This document shows, piece by piece, positions 48,041-58,400 of a DNA stretch of 64,000 nucleotides (within the stretch, counting starts at the first letter, position 1; the number at the start of each line of letters is the position of its first letter). This DNA comes from Alphaproteobacteria bacterium (GTDB lineage: Bacteria; Pseudomonadota; Alphaproteobacteria; CAAGCB01; CAG-977): assembly GCA_024407875.1 (NCBI GenBank), contig JAKSVT010000007.1, positions 1,392 to 65,391 of the forward strand, written 5' to 3'. The translations under genes and the position numbers were made by a program. Under the pieces are notes generated by a model. That model made no database searches, was not told where the DNA came from, and was given only the letters and a program-made list of their open reading frames with translations.

Positions 48041-50581
48041 ATGAATTTAAAAGAAATGATTGTTTGCGGTGTAAACGGAGAAATTTCAGGAAAAGTTAGT
48101 TCACAAAAGGCAAATGATAAATTTTCATTCTATGCAAAGATTGATGATAATCAAAAAAATCCTTTTGTTATTAAATACATGATGCCAGTTGGTGGTGTAA
48201 CCAATGGGCTATATAGATTTCCAAAAGTAGGAGAAAAAGTTTTAGTATCAGAAGAAGGCGAAACAAGATATTTAATGGGATATCTTCCTAATTCTTTAAG
48301 TCAAGATTTTGATACAACTAATGAAACTGATACAGCTTATAAAAATGAAGGATTAGTTTTACGTTATAAAAAATCAGGCTCTAATAATTCAAATAAAGAA
48401 TATTCAGAGATTGGTTTTTATTCTAAGCAAAGTGACTTTTTAACGTCTCCAACAGAATTAAAAGATGAAAAAACAAAAATAAAGAAGATAATTGAAGATG
48501 ATTATGAGTATTATGTAAACACAAAAGACCCGTTGATTGCAGAGATAAGAGCTAATACTAAGAAAAATTTGGATAAATTTGGTCAACGTTCGAACGATTT
48601 CAATTTAGATCCTTTAAAAGGGGCGTTTGTTAATGCTCTTGTTGATTATAAAGTAGGGAATAAGATTGCAACTCTAAATATGGATAGTGTGGAGCTTTAT
48701 TCTACGGGAGATATTCAGTCAAAAGCTCAGAATATAAACGAATTGTTCGGCCAACGTTTATCATTAAGGTCTTCTTTCTTAAATGATGAAAATATACATA
48801 TAGACGATAAAGCAGTTCCATTAAAGAAAGATTTAAAAACAAAAGGTGAACTTTTAAAAGCAAAATCGAAAGAACTTATTTCAATTGAAAAGGAAATTGA
48901 AAAACTTCAAGAAGAGAAGTATGAGAAAAAGCAAAAGAAAGAGAATACAAGCAATATCGATAGTGCAATAAATACTAAAGTATCAAATTTAGAAAAATTA
49001 GGAGAACAATATAACAATTTAAGTAAAGAGATTGCTAAGCTCAAAAATGATATCAAATCAAAGAACGGAAAAAATATTCAGTTGTTTGATTATAGAAAAT
49101 CTGATGTAACAAAAGGTAGTATAGCAATAGTAGCCGACAATGAAATTTCGATAAATGCTAGGTCTGGAATTACTTTATCTGTTGGTGCTATAAAACTAAA
49201 GATTTCTCCGACGGGTGTTGATATTACATGTAATAGGGTAAATGGTGTAGGTAGAGGTGTTTTTGATAGTACTTTTAGTATGAAGCAAAATGGTTCTGTT
49301 TTGCTAACAGGTTCTACTGTAGGTATTTCAGGAACAAGATCTGTTTCAGTTGGAGATGGATTAGGCGGAAGATTATCTACAGAATTAGGAAACGTTGATA
49401 TAAAAGGTGGTTCAATATCAACTTCTACACAGAGTGCTTTTGTGATGACACAAAACTTAGCATGGTATCTTAATGACTTTGCTCATCAAATCACGGCTCT
49501 TTGTGAAAGTAATCCTACTAGATCATGGGCAAGAGATGTAACTGCAGATAGTTCTTGGGGGGCTGCTTTAAAAACAATTAAAAAGGTTATTGGTGTAGCA
49601 AATAAAGTTGCTCCTACAGGAGCCAAAACTGCAAACAATGATGTTAGACATGAAGCTATGGATGCAGTATCAAGATTAATCTCATTAATGTTAATAATAT
49701 TAGATAATGTTAAAAATGTTTTGATTGAAAAGAAAGTTAATAACAAACTAGCTATTAATTATAATCTCGAAACAGGAAAATTTAATACTTATGACAATAG
49801 ATTTGATTATGAAATGGCATTCGCTGTTTGTGAAGCTACGCTAATAACAACAATTATGTCATTGACAATTCTTTCTGCTAAAGAGGCTTATTTTCATCAA
49901 GCTTCTATTAAATATACTCAAGCCGGAAGTTTAGTTTTAGACTCTAAAGGTTATTATCAAGATTCTATACTAGCAAAAACAGCTAGAGCTGTACTTGCTG
50001 GTATTGCTAAACTTCAAGCTAAAAAGGAGGCTCATGATTCTAATAATGGTAATCCTGCTTTAACCAATGAAGAGGAGGAGTTCCTCAATAATCATAGAGA
50101 AACTAATATAAACGATAAAAAGACAGCATACGAAACTGCTCTTATTGAAGAGAAAAAAGCAGAAGATGATTTTAAAGCAGATCCTACTAATGCTACTAAA
50201 GAAACTGCTTATAAGAATGCTCTGGCAGAACGTAAGAGAAAAGAAAGAGAATATAGAGAGGTTAACAAATACCATGGAATAGTAGCAGGTGAAGATTATT
50301 ATTTAGGAAGGACTTTGTATAAGTCATATCAATTAGAAGGGGATGTTGTAAATGGATATACTGTTAAATGGGGTTCTATTTCAGATATAATTAAAAATGC
50401 TAAAGAAAGAGATGATGATGGTAATGAGTTTACAAATCGATTCACACAGTTAAATAATACTACTGCGATTTTAGGCTGGATTAATGATGCAGCAACTATA
50501 TGGGGGGCTTTCTCTTTAGCTTATTGTGATTACTATAATGTGATAACTCCTGAAACAAGGTCTAAATTAATTGAATTATAA
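48041..50581 (+). CDS. vgrG: VgrG C-terminal half: gp5-like OB-fold, coiled-coil insertion, beta-helix repeats, and ~380-aa uncharacterised C-terminal extension (846 aa)
   Basis: RFPKVGEKVLVSEEGETRYLMGYLPN is the gp5 OB-fold signature. Later GSIAIVADNEISINARSGITLSVGAIKLKISPTGVDI beta-helix-like repeats. AGGAG RBS 6 nt upstream of the ATG. Confidence 0.7.
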   Translation: MNLKEMIVCGVNGEISGKVSSQKANDKFSFYAKIDDNQKNPFVIKYMMPVGGVTNGLYRFPKVGEKVLVSEEGETRYLMGYLPNSLSQDFDTTNETDTAYKNEGLVLRYKKSGSNNSNKEYSEIGFYSKQSDFLTSPTELKDEKTKIKKIIEDDYEYYVNTKDPLIAEIRANTKKNLDKFGQRSNDFNLDPLKGAFVNALVDYKVGNKIATLNMDSVELYSTGDIQSKAQNINELFGQRLSLRSSFLNDENIHIDDKAVPLKKDLKTKGELLKAKSKELISIEKEIEKLQEEKYEKKQKKENTSNIDSAINTKVSNLEKLGEQYNNLSKEIAKLKNDIKSKNGKNIQLFDYRKSDVTKGSIAIVADNEISINARSGITLSVGAIKLKISPTGVDITCNRVNGVGRGVFDSTFSMKQNGSVLLTGSTVGISGTRSVSVGDGLGGRLSTELGNVDIKGGSISTSTQSAFVMTQNLAWYLNDFAHQITALCESNPTRSWARDVTADSSWGAALKTIKKVIGVANKVAPTGAKTANNDVRHEAMDAVSRLISLMLIILDNVKNVLIEKKVNNKLAINYNLETGKFNTYDNRFDYEMAFAVCEATLITTIMSLTILSAKEAYFHQASIKYTQAGSLVLDSKGYYQDSILAKTARAVLAGIAKLQAKKEAHDSNNGNPALTNEEEEFLNNHRETNINDKKTAYETALIEEKKAEDDFKADPTNATKETAYKNALAERKRKEREYREVNKYHGIVAGEDYYLGRTLYKSYQLEGDVVNGYTVKWGSISDIIKNAKERDDDGNEFTNRFTQLNNTTAILGWINDAATIWGAFSLAYCDYYNVITPETRSKLIEL

Positions 50582-50596
50582 GAAGGAAAATAGAAA

Positions 50597-50989
50597 ATGG
50601 CTTTAGATGAAGATGATAAATTAGTAATAAAAGCTGTTGTAGAGCCAATAATTGATACAGTAGGTATAGAATTGTTAACAGCAGCTGTAAATGCTGGTAT
50701 AAAAAAATTATCTGCAACAAATGTTGAAGAAAGTGATTTATCAGGTAAGAGAGATTTAAAACCTTCAGAACAAGAGGTTACAATAAGTAAAACAGAGACA
50801 GCAGCTTCAGAAACAGAAGGCAAATTGTCTAAAGATGGTGTGTCTGCTCAACATGGTGATATTGAAGCTTCAGAAACGACGGCTGTAGCACAAGGAGCTG
50901 AAGCAACAGCTTTAGAATCTGGTGCCCAAGCTGTAAGAACGAAAGCAGGTGCTTCAGATATTGAAGCAAAAGCTTTGAAGATAACCTGA
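50597..50989 (+). CDS. Hypothetical Ala/Thr/Glu-rich protein downstream of vgrG (130 aa)
   Basis: In operon position immediately after vgrG. Low-complexity acidic sequence. Not Hcp-like. Confidence 0.3.
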   Translation: MALDEDDKLVIKAVVEPIIDTVGIELLTAAVNAGIKKLSATNVEESDLSGKRDLKPSEQEVTISKTETAASETEGKLSKDGVSAQHGDIEASETTAVAQGAEATALESGAQAVRTKAGASDIEAKALKIT

Positions 50990-51021
50990 TATTTGCTATT
51001 GTATAATTTAAGGAATAAACA

Positions 51022-52200
51022 ATGAGTGATAATTTAAGCTGGACAAAACGTCATTTCGTCTTATTGAGATATCTTGAATTAAAAGATGTAATTGAAAAAG
51101 AACAATATAAGAAAAGACCAGATTTACAAGAATTCTATGAAAATAGAAAAAGTGTAGAAGATATAATTTGGCATTTTGCTGATAAATCTCGTTATAAATG
51201 TGCTTGTGATTTGCTTGCATATTCTTCAAATAGAAGAGCTGTAATTTGGTGGTTGTATTTATGTGTATTATCATTATTTGAAGAATTTAAAATTAAGCCA
51301 AATATGGATAGAGATATAGAAGATATAGCAAAATCTTTTAAACCTGTTGTTCCCGATTTTGCAAAAATAGAACCCCCAAAACCAACTGATGGACAAATTC
51401 AAGAATTGGAAAATGATTTGGCTGAAATAAAATCTGCAGTAGCTTCTGTTAGAGAACTTGTAAACCCTGAAGTTATGGCAGAAGTTGATGAAGCTATGGA
51501 TTATGCTAACCAATTGTTTAAAGATAAATATGGTTCTTTTCCATTAGATTTAATTAAAAAACAATTGGAAAATCAAAAAGATCCTATGCCAATAGATCCA
51601 GAATCTCCAATTTATAAAGCTGCAGATGAGTTGGAACAAAAATTACAAGCTGTTCGTAAAAAGACTATTGATACTATTAAATCTGTTATTCCTCCAACAA
51701 TTCCGGAGCACGATAAAAAAATTATGGATGATGCTTTGCGTGCTGTATATAAATGGGTTATTTCTCCTGATGAAATAAATTCAAAAATTTGTTTGGATGC
51801 AGGTAATGAGTGTCCAGATAAGCCTGCAGGTCTACTAGCATTATCTGCTTTTTGGGCCGGTGGAAATTTAATGCCTGGTTCACAACAAGTCGTTCCAACA
51901 CCTCCAGGTCTTGCTGCAAATGGAGCATGCCAGGTTTTATTAATGTGCTCTTTAGCAAAAGGTGGAATAAGAGACGTAAAAGAACGCTTTAAACTCTATT
52001 TTGAGATAGGCGTTGATGTTATGATTGGTAAAAATGTATGGGATGATATTGTAGAAGTTAACCAGAAGAAATCTGCTGTTTATGATAAAATCCATGTTGA
52101 TAAAGAGAAATTAGAAAAAAATACAAACAATGAAAATATAATGCCTTCTGAAAATGTTTCTAATTTGAAATATTCTAGATGGAAACCTGATATTAAATAA
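51022..52200 (+). CDS. Hypothetical protein, T6SS-associated by position (392 aa)
   Basis: Coding-like, co-oriented, between vgrG and the terminator before tssJ. No recognised family. Confidence 0.35.
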   Translation: MSDNLSWTKRHFVLLRYLELKDVIEKEQYKKRPDLQEFYENRKSVEDIIWHFADKSRYKCACDLLAYSSNRRAVIWWLYLCVLSLFEEFKIKPNMDRDIEDIAKSFKPVVPDFAKIEPPKPTDGQIQELENDLAEIKSAVASVRELVNPEVMAEVDEAMDYANQLFKDKYGSFPLDLIKKQLENQKDPMPIDPESPIYKAADELEQKLQAVRKKTIDTIKSVIPPTIPEHDKKIMDDALRAVYKWVISPDEINSKICLDAGNECPDKPAGLLALSAFWAGGNLMPGSQQVVPTPPGLAANGACQVLLMCSLAKGGIRDVKERFKLYFEIGVDVMIGKNVWDDIVEVNQKKSAVYDKIHVDKEKLEKNTNNENIMPSENVSNLKYSRWKPDIK

Positions 52201-52220
52201 ATTGTTCTGACTTATTTATG

Positions 52221-52278
52221 GCTATATTTCATTTAAATAGAAAATATTACTAAAGAAATGAAATATAGCTTTTTTATT
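52221..52278 (+). terminator. Rho-independent terminator-like hairpin after the vgrG-associated genes
   Basis: A 14-bp stem GCTATATTTCATTT (52221-52234) / AAATGAAATATAGC (52256-52269) with ~21-nt loop, followed by TTTTTTATT. Confidence 0.45.
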
Positions 52279-52529
52279 GTTAATATATTTAAAACAATAT
52301 ACGAGACAGTTTTTTAGGCAATTAAAATCTGCGGTATTTTAGTAATCATTAGAGCTTTTCTATAGCTTTAAATACGACTTTTTTCTGTTTAAACAATCTA
52401 TATTTTTTTAATCAAAAATTAATTTATTTTGTTGCTAAATCTTTTAAAAAAATATAAATATATCAAATAAGTGTTAATGTATTATTAACATTGTTTTTTG
52501 TTGTGTAAATTCTAAGGAAATGTTTAAGG

Positions 52530-53186
52530 ATGAAACATATATTCTATTTGTTGTTAATAAGTACTGTTATGTTAACGGGGTGCTATACAAAATGTGGAAT
52601 GGTTGCAGGCTTTGCTCCTAAACTAAAATCTTCTTATTCAAATAGATATCCTACGGTAGAACTTGATTATATGGCTATAACAGAGGATGAAGCCGTTGAA
52701 TTGTCGAGTATTTCTGTTGAGGAATATTTTTCTTTTTCTCAATTACGTAAATCTTTAAATCCATATACTATAGTTTTATCTTCCGAAGAAACAGAACCTC
52801 AAGAAATGCTTACAAAAGTTGATAATTGGGATAATTGGTTAGATAAAAACCCTGAAAAAATAGCTGTTGTTGTTAATATTCCAAAATTGGTTCAAAAAGA
52901 AAAAACAGATAAAGATAAAAACAAAGATAGTCGTCTTTTAATATATCCTTTAAAGAAAAGCTGGTTTTCTCCAAGAACGGATTATTTAGAAATTCGTCCT
53001 GGAAATGTTATAAAAATAGCTACTAGACCTGTTGATCCTGAAGCAAAAACCAAGAAAATAGCAAAACAAGAAAAAGAAGATGCTATTAAGAAAGCTGAAG
53101 AAGAACAAAAACAAGAAGAAATTAAACAAGCTGAAGAACGTAAGAAAAAGCGTAAATGCAGAAAAGTTAGATGTAAAGTAATGTAA
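52530..53186 (+). CDS. tssJ: TssJ-like outer-membrane lipoprotein with polybasic Cys-containing C-terminal tail (218 aa)
   Basis: Lipobox LLISTVMLTGC. Located directly upstream of tssK-tssL-tssM (conserved tssJKLM order). Unusual C-terminal KKKRKCRKVRCKVM. Confidence 0.5.
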   Translation: MKHIFYLLLISTVMLTGCYTKCGMVAGFAPKLKSSYSNRYPTVELDYMAITEDEAVELSSISVEEYFSFSQLRKSLNPYTIVLSSEETEPQEMLTKVDNWDNWLDKNPEKIAVVVNIPKLVQKEKTDKDKNKDSRLLIYPLKKSWFSPRTDYLEIRPGNVIKIATRPVDPEAKTKKIAKQEKEDAIKKAEEEQKQEEIKQAEERKKKRKCRKVRCKVM

Positions 53187-53204
53187 TTTTTAGGAATTAA
53201 GATA

Positions 53205-54587
53205 ATGCGTTTTGATGAAAGTATACACTGGAATAATGGTTTATTTATGCAGCCTCATCATTTGCAATATATGCAAAGATATATAGATTCTATGGCTCAT
53301 GCTAATAGACAATTAATATCTTCATATCCATATGGATTGATTGATTTTGTCCCTGATTTGGATGCTTTGTCTGGGGATAGAGTTGTAATAAAACGCTTAT
53401 CAGCTGTTATGCCTGATGGAACAGAAATTAGCCAACCAGGTAATTGTGTTATTCATCCTTTAGATTTAAAAAATGTTTTAAATGAACAAGTTTCATCATT
53501 TAAGGTTTATTTAGGTATCCCAGTTTGGTCTGAATTTGATGCAAACTTATCTGAAAATGAGAAGAATGAAAAGAAACGTAGATTTTTAACTGTTGAAAAA
53601 TCTATTAGAGATGAAAATACTGGGGATGACGAAATATCTGTTGTTACAAGAAGATTAAATGTTTCATTGTTAACAGAATTCGATGATATGGAGGATATGG
53701 TTACTATCCCTCTTATGAAAATTAATGTTCTTATTAATGATAACGCAGAAAAACGTCTTGAATGTGATGAAAAATTCATTCCTCCATTTATTGTTGTTTC
53801 AAATGATAGTTCTTTAGTTTCATTAGTTTCTAATTTAATGTCTGAAGTACGTCGTTGCAGAGATAAATTATTAAACGATTTGATGTTAACAAAGTTTACA
53901 TCAGAAAACTTTTCTGGAGCTGAAGCTTATAACACATTACAATATCGTGTTTTAAATTTATATGAAAACAGGTTATCAATGGAGATTTCTGGATGTAAAA
54001 TATCTCCATTTGAATTGTATTTTGAATTAAGATCTTTCTTAGCAGAATTAATGGGACTTCATCCATTAAATGAAATTAAAGAGATTCAAAATTACAATCA
54101 CTTAGATTGTTCTCCTCAATTTTATGAATTAGTAAATGATATTCAATCAATGATTATGTCTGAAGGTGGAGCAAGTTATATTGCTTTGAAACTTAATCCA
54201 ATTGATGATGGAGATTATTTATTTACAGAAATTCAAACACAACACATTGTAAAAGCTAGTGAATTTTATTTGGCTGTTCGTGCAGATTTAGAAGATCGTA
54301 GAGTTATTCAAGCTTTAGAAAAAGGTGATACATTTAAGATAATTAATCCAAGAGCAAAGATGATGCGTATTCGTGGTATCAAATTATCTGAAATGAGATA
54401 TCCTCCAAGATTTTTGCCAAATTTAAACAATACACTTTGGTTTAAACTTGACGTAGAAGAAACCCCTAAAACATGGCAAGATATTTGTTCTGAACATGGG
54501 ATTCTTGTTGATTATGCTAAGGATTTATTCCCAAGCTTAGAAGCTACTTTATTCTTAACAATTGTTGATTCTGAAACAAGGAATTAG
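53205..54587 (+). CDS. tssK: Type VI secretion baseplate protein TssK
   Basis: N-terminus MRFDESIHWNNGLFMQPHHLQYMQRY matches the conserved TssK start (W-EG-L-PQHFQ). Confidence 0.85.
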   Translation: MRFDESIHWNNGLFMQPHHLQYMQRYIDSMAHANRQLISSYPYGLIDFVPDLDALSGDRVVIKRLSAVMPDGTEISQPGNCVIHPLDLKNVLNEQVSSFKVYLGIPVWSEFDANLSENEKNEKKRRFLTVEKSIRDENTGDDEISVVTRRLNVSLLTEFDDMEDMVTIPLMKINVLINDNAEKRLECDEKFIPPFIVVSNDSSLVSLVSNLMSEVRRCRDKLLNDLMLTKFTSENFSGAEAYNTLQYRVLNLYENRLSMEISGCKISPFELYFELRSFLAELMGLHPLNEIKEIQNYNHLDCSPQFYELVNDIQSMIMSEGGASYIALKLNPIDDGDYLFTEIQTQHIVKASEFYLAVRADLEDRRVIQALEKGDTFKIINPRAKMMRIRGIKLSEMRYPPRFLPNLNNTLWFKLDVEETPKTWQDICSEHGILVDYAKDLFPSLEATLFLTIVDSETRN

Positions 54588-54590
54588 TTA

Positions 54591-55424
54591 ATGTCCGCTT
54601 TAGAAAATATTTGTCGTCCAATATTAATTAGTATGTGTAATTATTGGCAACTTATTGAAAATAATCAATCTGTTGACAAAGATACTTTTAAAAAAGAAAT
54701 AAGATCTTTAATTAGTGAAGCCAGAGAAACAGCTAATAAATCTCCTTCATTAGAAAGAGAATTTTCTCGTGTTGAAAAGCCTTTGATTTTCTTCGTTGAC
54801 TATATGGTTAAAGAAGGAAATTTTCCATTTAAAAATGAATGGAGAGAAATAGGGCGTGAATATAATGAACTTTCAGGCGATGAAAAATTCTTTGATATGT
54901 TAACAGAAACTTTGGATGACCCAGATTCTGCGAACAGTTTAGAAATTTTCTATAATGTTATGGGATTAGGGTTTAGTGGTATTTACCAAAACGATCCTGA
55001 ATATCTTGAACGTAGAATGAAGGTTTGTGCATCTCGTTTTGATACTAATAGTTTAGATTTGACTAAAGAAGAAATTATAAAAGTTGATGAAACAATTTTA
55101 GATAAAAAAGTGATTCCTAATGAAAAACAAATGTTTAAAGTTAGAAATTTGGTTTTCTTCTGCTTGTTTGTAATGCTTGTTACTTTTGGAGTCAATTTGT
55201 GGAAATTCTTATCTGTTACGTATGAATATAGAGATGCTTTAGATAGGGCTGTGGATGCATCTATACCAAACTCAATTATTGTTGATAGTAGAAATAGACA
55301 CCGTGCAAAAAAACAAACATTTTCAAATGAAAAAAGCAGTAAAAAAGATAAGGCTTTTTTAGAAGAAAATAAGAATCGTAAACAACTGAAGAAAAAGAAT
55401 AGAAATAATTTGGAGGAAAACTAA
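54591..55424 (+). CDS. tssL: Type VI secretion membrane protein TssL (DotU/IcmH family)
   Basis: Cytoplasmic DotU-like domain followed by a single C-terminal TM helix (LVFFCLFVMLVTFGVNLW). No OmpA/peptidoglycan-binding extension. Confidence 0.75.
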   Translation: MSALENICRPILISMCNYWQLIENNQSVDKDTFKKEIRSLISEARETANKSPSLEREFSRVEKPLIFFVDYMVKEGNFPFKNEWREIGREYNELSGDEKFFDMLTETLDDPDSANSLEIFYNVMGLGFSGIYQNDPEYLERRMKVCASRFDTNSLDLTKEEIIKVDETILDKKVIPNEKQMFKVRNLVFFCLFVMLVTFGVNLWKFLSVTYEYRDALDRAVDASIPNSIIVDSRNRHRAKKQTFSNEKSSKKDKAFLEENKNRKQLKKKNRNNLEEN

Positions 55425-55425
55425 G

Positions 55426-58400
55426 ATGGATAAGTCTTTAGCTGCCGTAAAGAATGTTAAAACTCCAGATTTATCATCCATTCCAACATGGATGTATTGG
55501 GTAATTGGTATACTTGTTGCCGTAGTTCTTATATTTTTAGTTGTTTTACCATTTCTTAGAAAAATTCGTCGCAAACAAATTAAAGTAAAAGAAACTACAG
55601 AAATCAAAAAAGATTTGATGATTTGGCATCACCTTGCTCAGTTGGTTAGAGGTGGATCTGCACATCAAAAAGCAAAGAAAGTTTTGTCTGATCAAATAGC
55701 AAACATCGATATAGCTTTTGAAAAAGGTATGAAGATGTTGTCTGATCACAACAGAAATGTTAATAATCAACCGTGTTATTTAATTGTTGGCGAACCTATG
55801 AGTGGTAAGTCAACATTGCTTCGTAATAGTGAACAAGAATTAGTTGTTTCAAAAGAAGAAGAAAGAGACGAAGAAAGTAATAAGGGGGAAGCTCTTCGTT
55901 TGTGGATGGGAGCCAAATCTTTAACTTATGATATTGGTGGTCATATTTTCTTCGATAGATGGATGGAAGGCTCTAGTGCTGAATGGAGCTATATTGCAAA
56001 GATAATTTCTAAAAAACGTCGTAAAAAACCTCTAGATGGTGTTATTTTAACTATTCCTGCTGACGCTTTATTAGCCGATGATGATGGATTAACACAACAA
56101 AAAGCTGTTTTAATGTCAACAGAATTAGGTCAATTATTGCATACTTTAGGTATGTATATGCCTTGTTATGTAGTTGTTACTAAAACAGATATGGTTAACG
56201 GCTTTAGTGAATATATGATGTCCATTGCAGAAGATTTGCGTTCTCAAATTTTTGGATGGGTAAATGATGATCCAAAAGCAAGATATGATGTAGATAAATT
56301 TAATATTTTCTGGAAAGACTTGTTATATAGATTGCGCAAAGGTTGTGCTAAAAACATGATTTCCAAAAACGTTACATCTCGTTTGACAGGATATGCAAAC
56401 AAAATGGAAATCAATGGTAAAATATTCGTATTTCCTGATAACTTTGCAAAAATGTATAAAAACATATCTACTTATCTAAAAGCTATTTTTGGCGAGGGTA
56501 ATTATTATGGTGCAGGAAACGCTTTGTTTGAAGGCTTGTTCTTCACATCTGCTGTAGAAGGTGATTTTACATTAAGTCCGGATTTAGCGATGATTTGCGA
56601 ACAAAAAATTGATGATATGCCAGTTGTGCATGAACATAAAATGAATTCAAAACCTTTATTTATTAAAGATTTACTTCAAAAAGTAATATTTAAGAATTCT
56701 GTTAATGCTGCATTCACACAAGTTAAAAAAGCAAAATTAAATATACCTAAATATGTTGCATGTTTTTGTATGCTTTTAATTGGAGGATTGTGGGCTTTTA
56801 GAGGAGTTTCTAAAAATGTTGATTTTGAAACAGCCTTACAACCAAAAATTTTATACTTGCAAACTTTAACTGACATGATGAAAAGTGGGGGTGTATTTAA
56901 TTCTCCTCTTATAAAGAAAACTGAAGAAGGTCAATATGTTTTGAATTCAGATCCTGTTGAAAATATGGATATTTCAAGACTTCATTTCTTCTTTGAAGCA
57001 TTTACAGAAAGAGAATCAAAAATTGTAGCACCGTTTGGCTTTAAATTAGCAAGTCTTTTTGTTTTTGGTTTTGAAAAGAGTATGGGATATGACGATTTTG
57101 CTATAATTATAAACCAATTGTTTGGCTTTATGATTAGAACTCCATTAATTAAATTAGTTGGAGACAAAATCGATTCTGAAGGAACAAATGCTCATTTAAC
57201 TGTAAGGAAAAAAGGGGCTGTTGCATCTTATTCTTTATTAAATGAAGTAAGATTTGAAGATTTTACAGATTTATTTGCTGATAAAAAGGCTTTTGATGTT
57301 TCAAACATGATGTATTATTTAATGCCTGAAATTTCAGCAGATACTATTAATATCTTAGATGCTTATTTGCCTCAATATGATGAAAAGTATACAGGAACAT
57401 TTGATTCAACATATCTTTATACTGAAGATTATTCTAGATCTTTAAAAAAAGGTGTTTCTTCAATATTAAATTCTTGGAATGATTTAACAGCATATCCAAG
57501 TAGTTCTTTTTCAAAAATTAGAACATTAATCAAGAATACTAGACTTTTAGAAAGCTCTTATGCTGATATCAATCACCGTGTAAATGTTATGGAAAGTGCT
57601 CAATCTTTAGAAGAACTTACACAACAAATTAATTCTCTTGTTGATTTATTAAAAGAACAAGAAAATCGTACGGAAACTATTATATTAACATATAAAAACT
57701 TACTTTCTTTAACGGATACAAAGAAAATCGATGTTTCTAAAGAAGAAAGTAAATCTATGGGAACAGAAGATTTAGCTGTTAGAATGTTGTTAAATAAAGC
57801 TACTGACGAATATAAGAATCATTTAAAAACAGACTTTTCTTTCTTAATAGATAACGCAGATGAATTATCTTCAGAAGAATTTACAGTTTCTGATATTCGT
57901 AAATCATTGCCTAGAATTAGAAAAAATATCTTAATAGAGATTGACGCTAAGAAAAAAGAAATGAGTAAAGGTTTAAATGACTTTAGAAATAAACCTTTAT
58001 TACAATGGCAATTTGTTGAAAAAGAAGGTGCTTCTAATTATACCTATCATATTCTTTATGATGGCTATAAATACTTAGATAACCTAGAAATTCCTACACG
58101 TGCTAAATTGCTAGAAAATGATTTTAGAACAAATTGGTCTAGAGCAAATAGATCTATTCGTGATGTTAATGCTGATTTTGAAGATTTTATGGAAATTTAT
58201 TCTAAGAGTGAAAATTTAAAACCTCAATTAGATTTAATGAAACGTGTTTACGATTTGTTCTTTGCTTTAATTAAGTATTCAATTGTTGATACAGAATTAT
58301 CTAAACTTCCTGAAACTGTAAGCGAGTTGTATAGTTATGTCGAACAAAAATCTGAAGAAAATCAAGTATTTGGATTTACAGAAGATTTAGCAAGAGAAAC

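Noticed and set aside
46832-50581. Treating the two vgrG ORFs as a frameshift pseudogene
   Set aside because: The two halves are in the same frame, separated by two consecutive TAG codons. The second ORF has its own strong RBS and ATG, so a simple frameshift is excluded. A nonsense pseudogene cannot be fully excluded and is flagged in the findings instead.
50597-50989. Possibility that the 130-aa ORF after vgrG is Hcp
   Set aside because: No resemblance to the Hcp N-terminal beta-strand pattern. Low-complexity acidic Ala/Thr/Glu composition and too short.
52281-52529. Sigma54 -24/-12 promoter upstream of tssJ
   Set aside because: The only GG...GC candidate (GGCAATTAAAATCTGC) has 12-nt rather than 10-nt spacing between GG and GC, so it does not fit the RpoN consensus. 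A nearby palindrome TGTTAATG-N-CATTAACA is noted, but AT-rich palindromes are frequent here.
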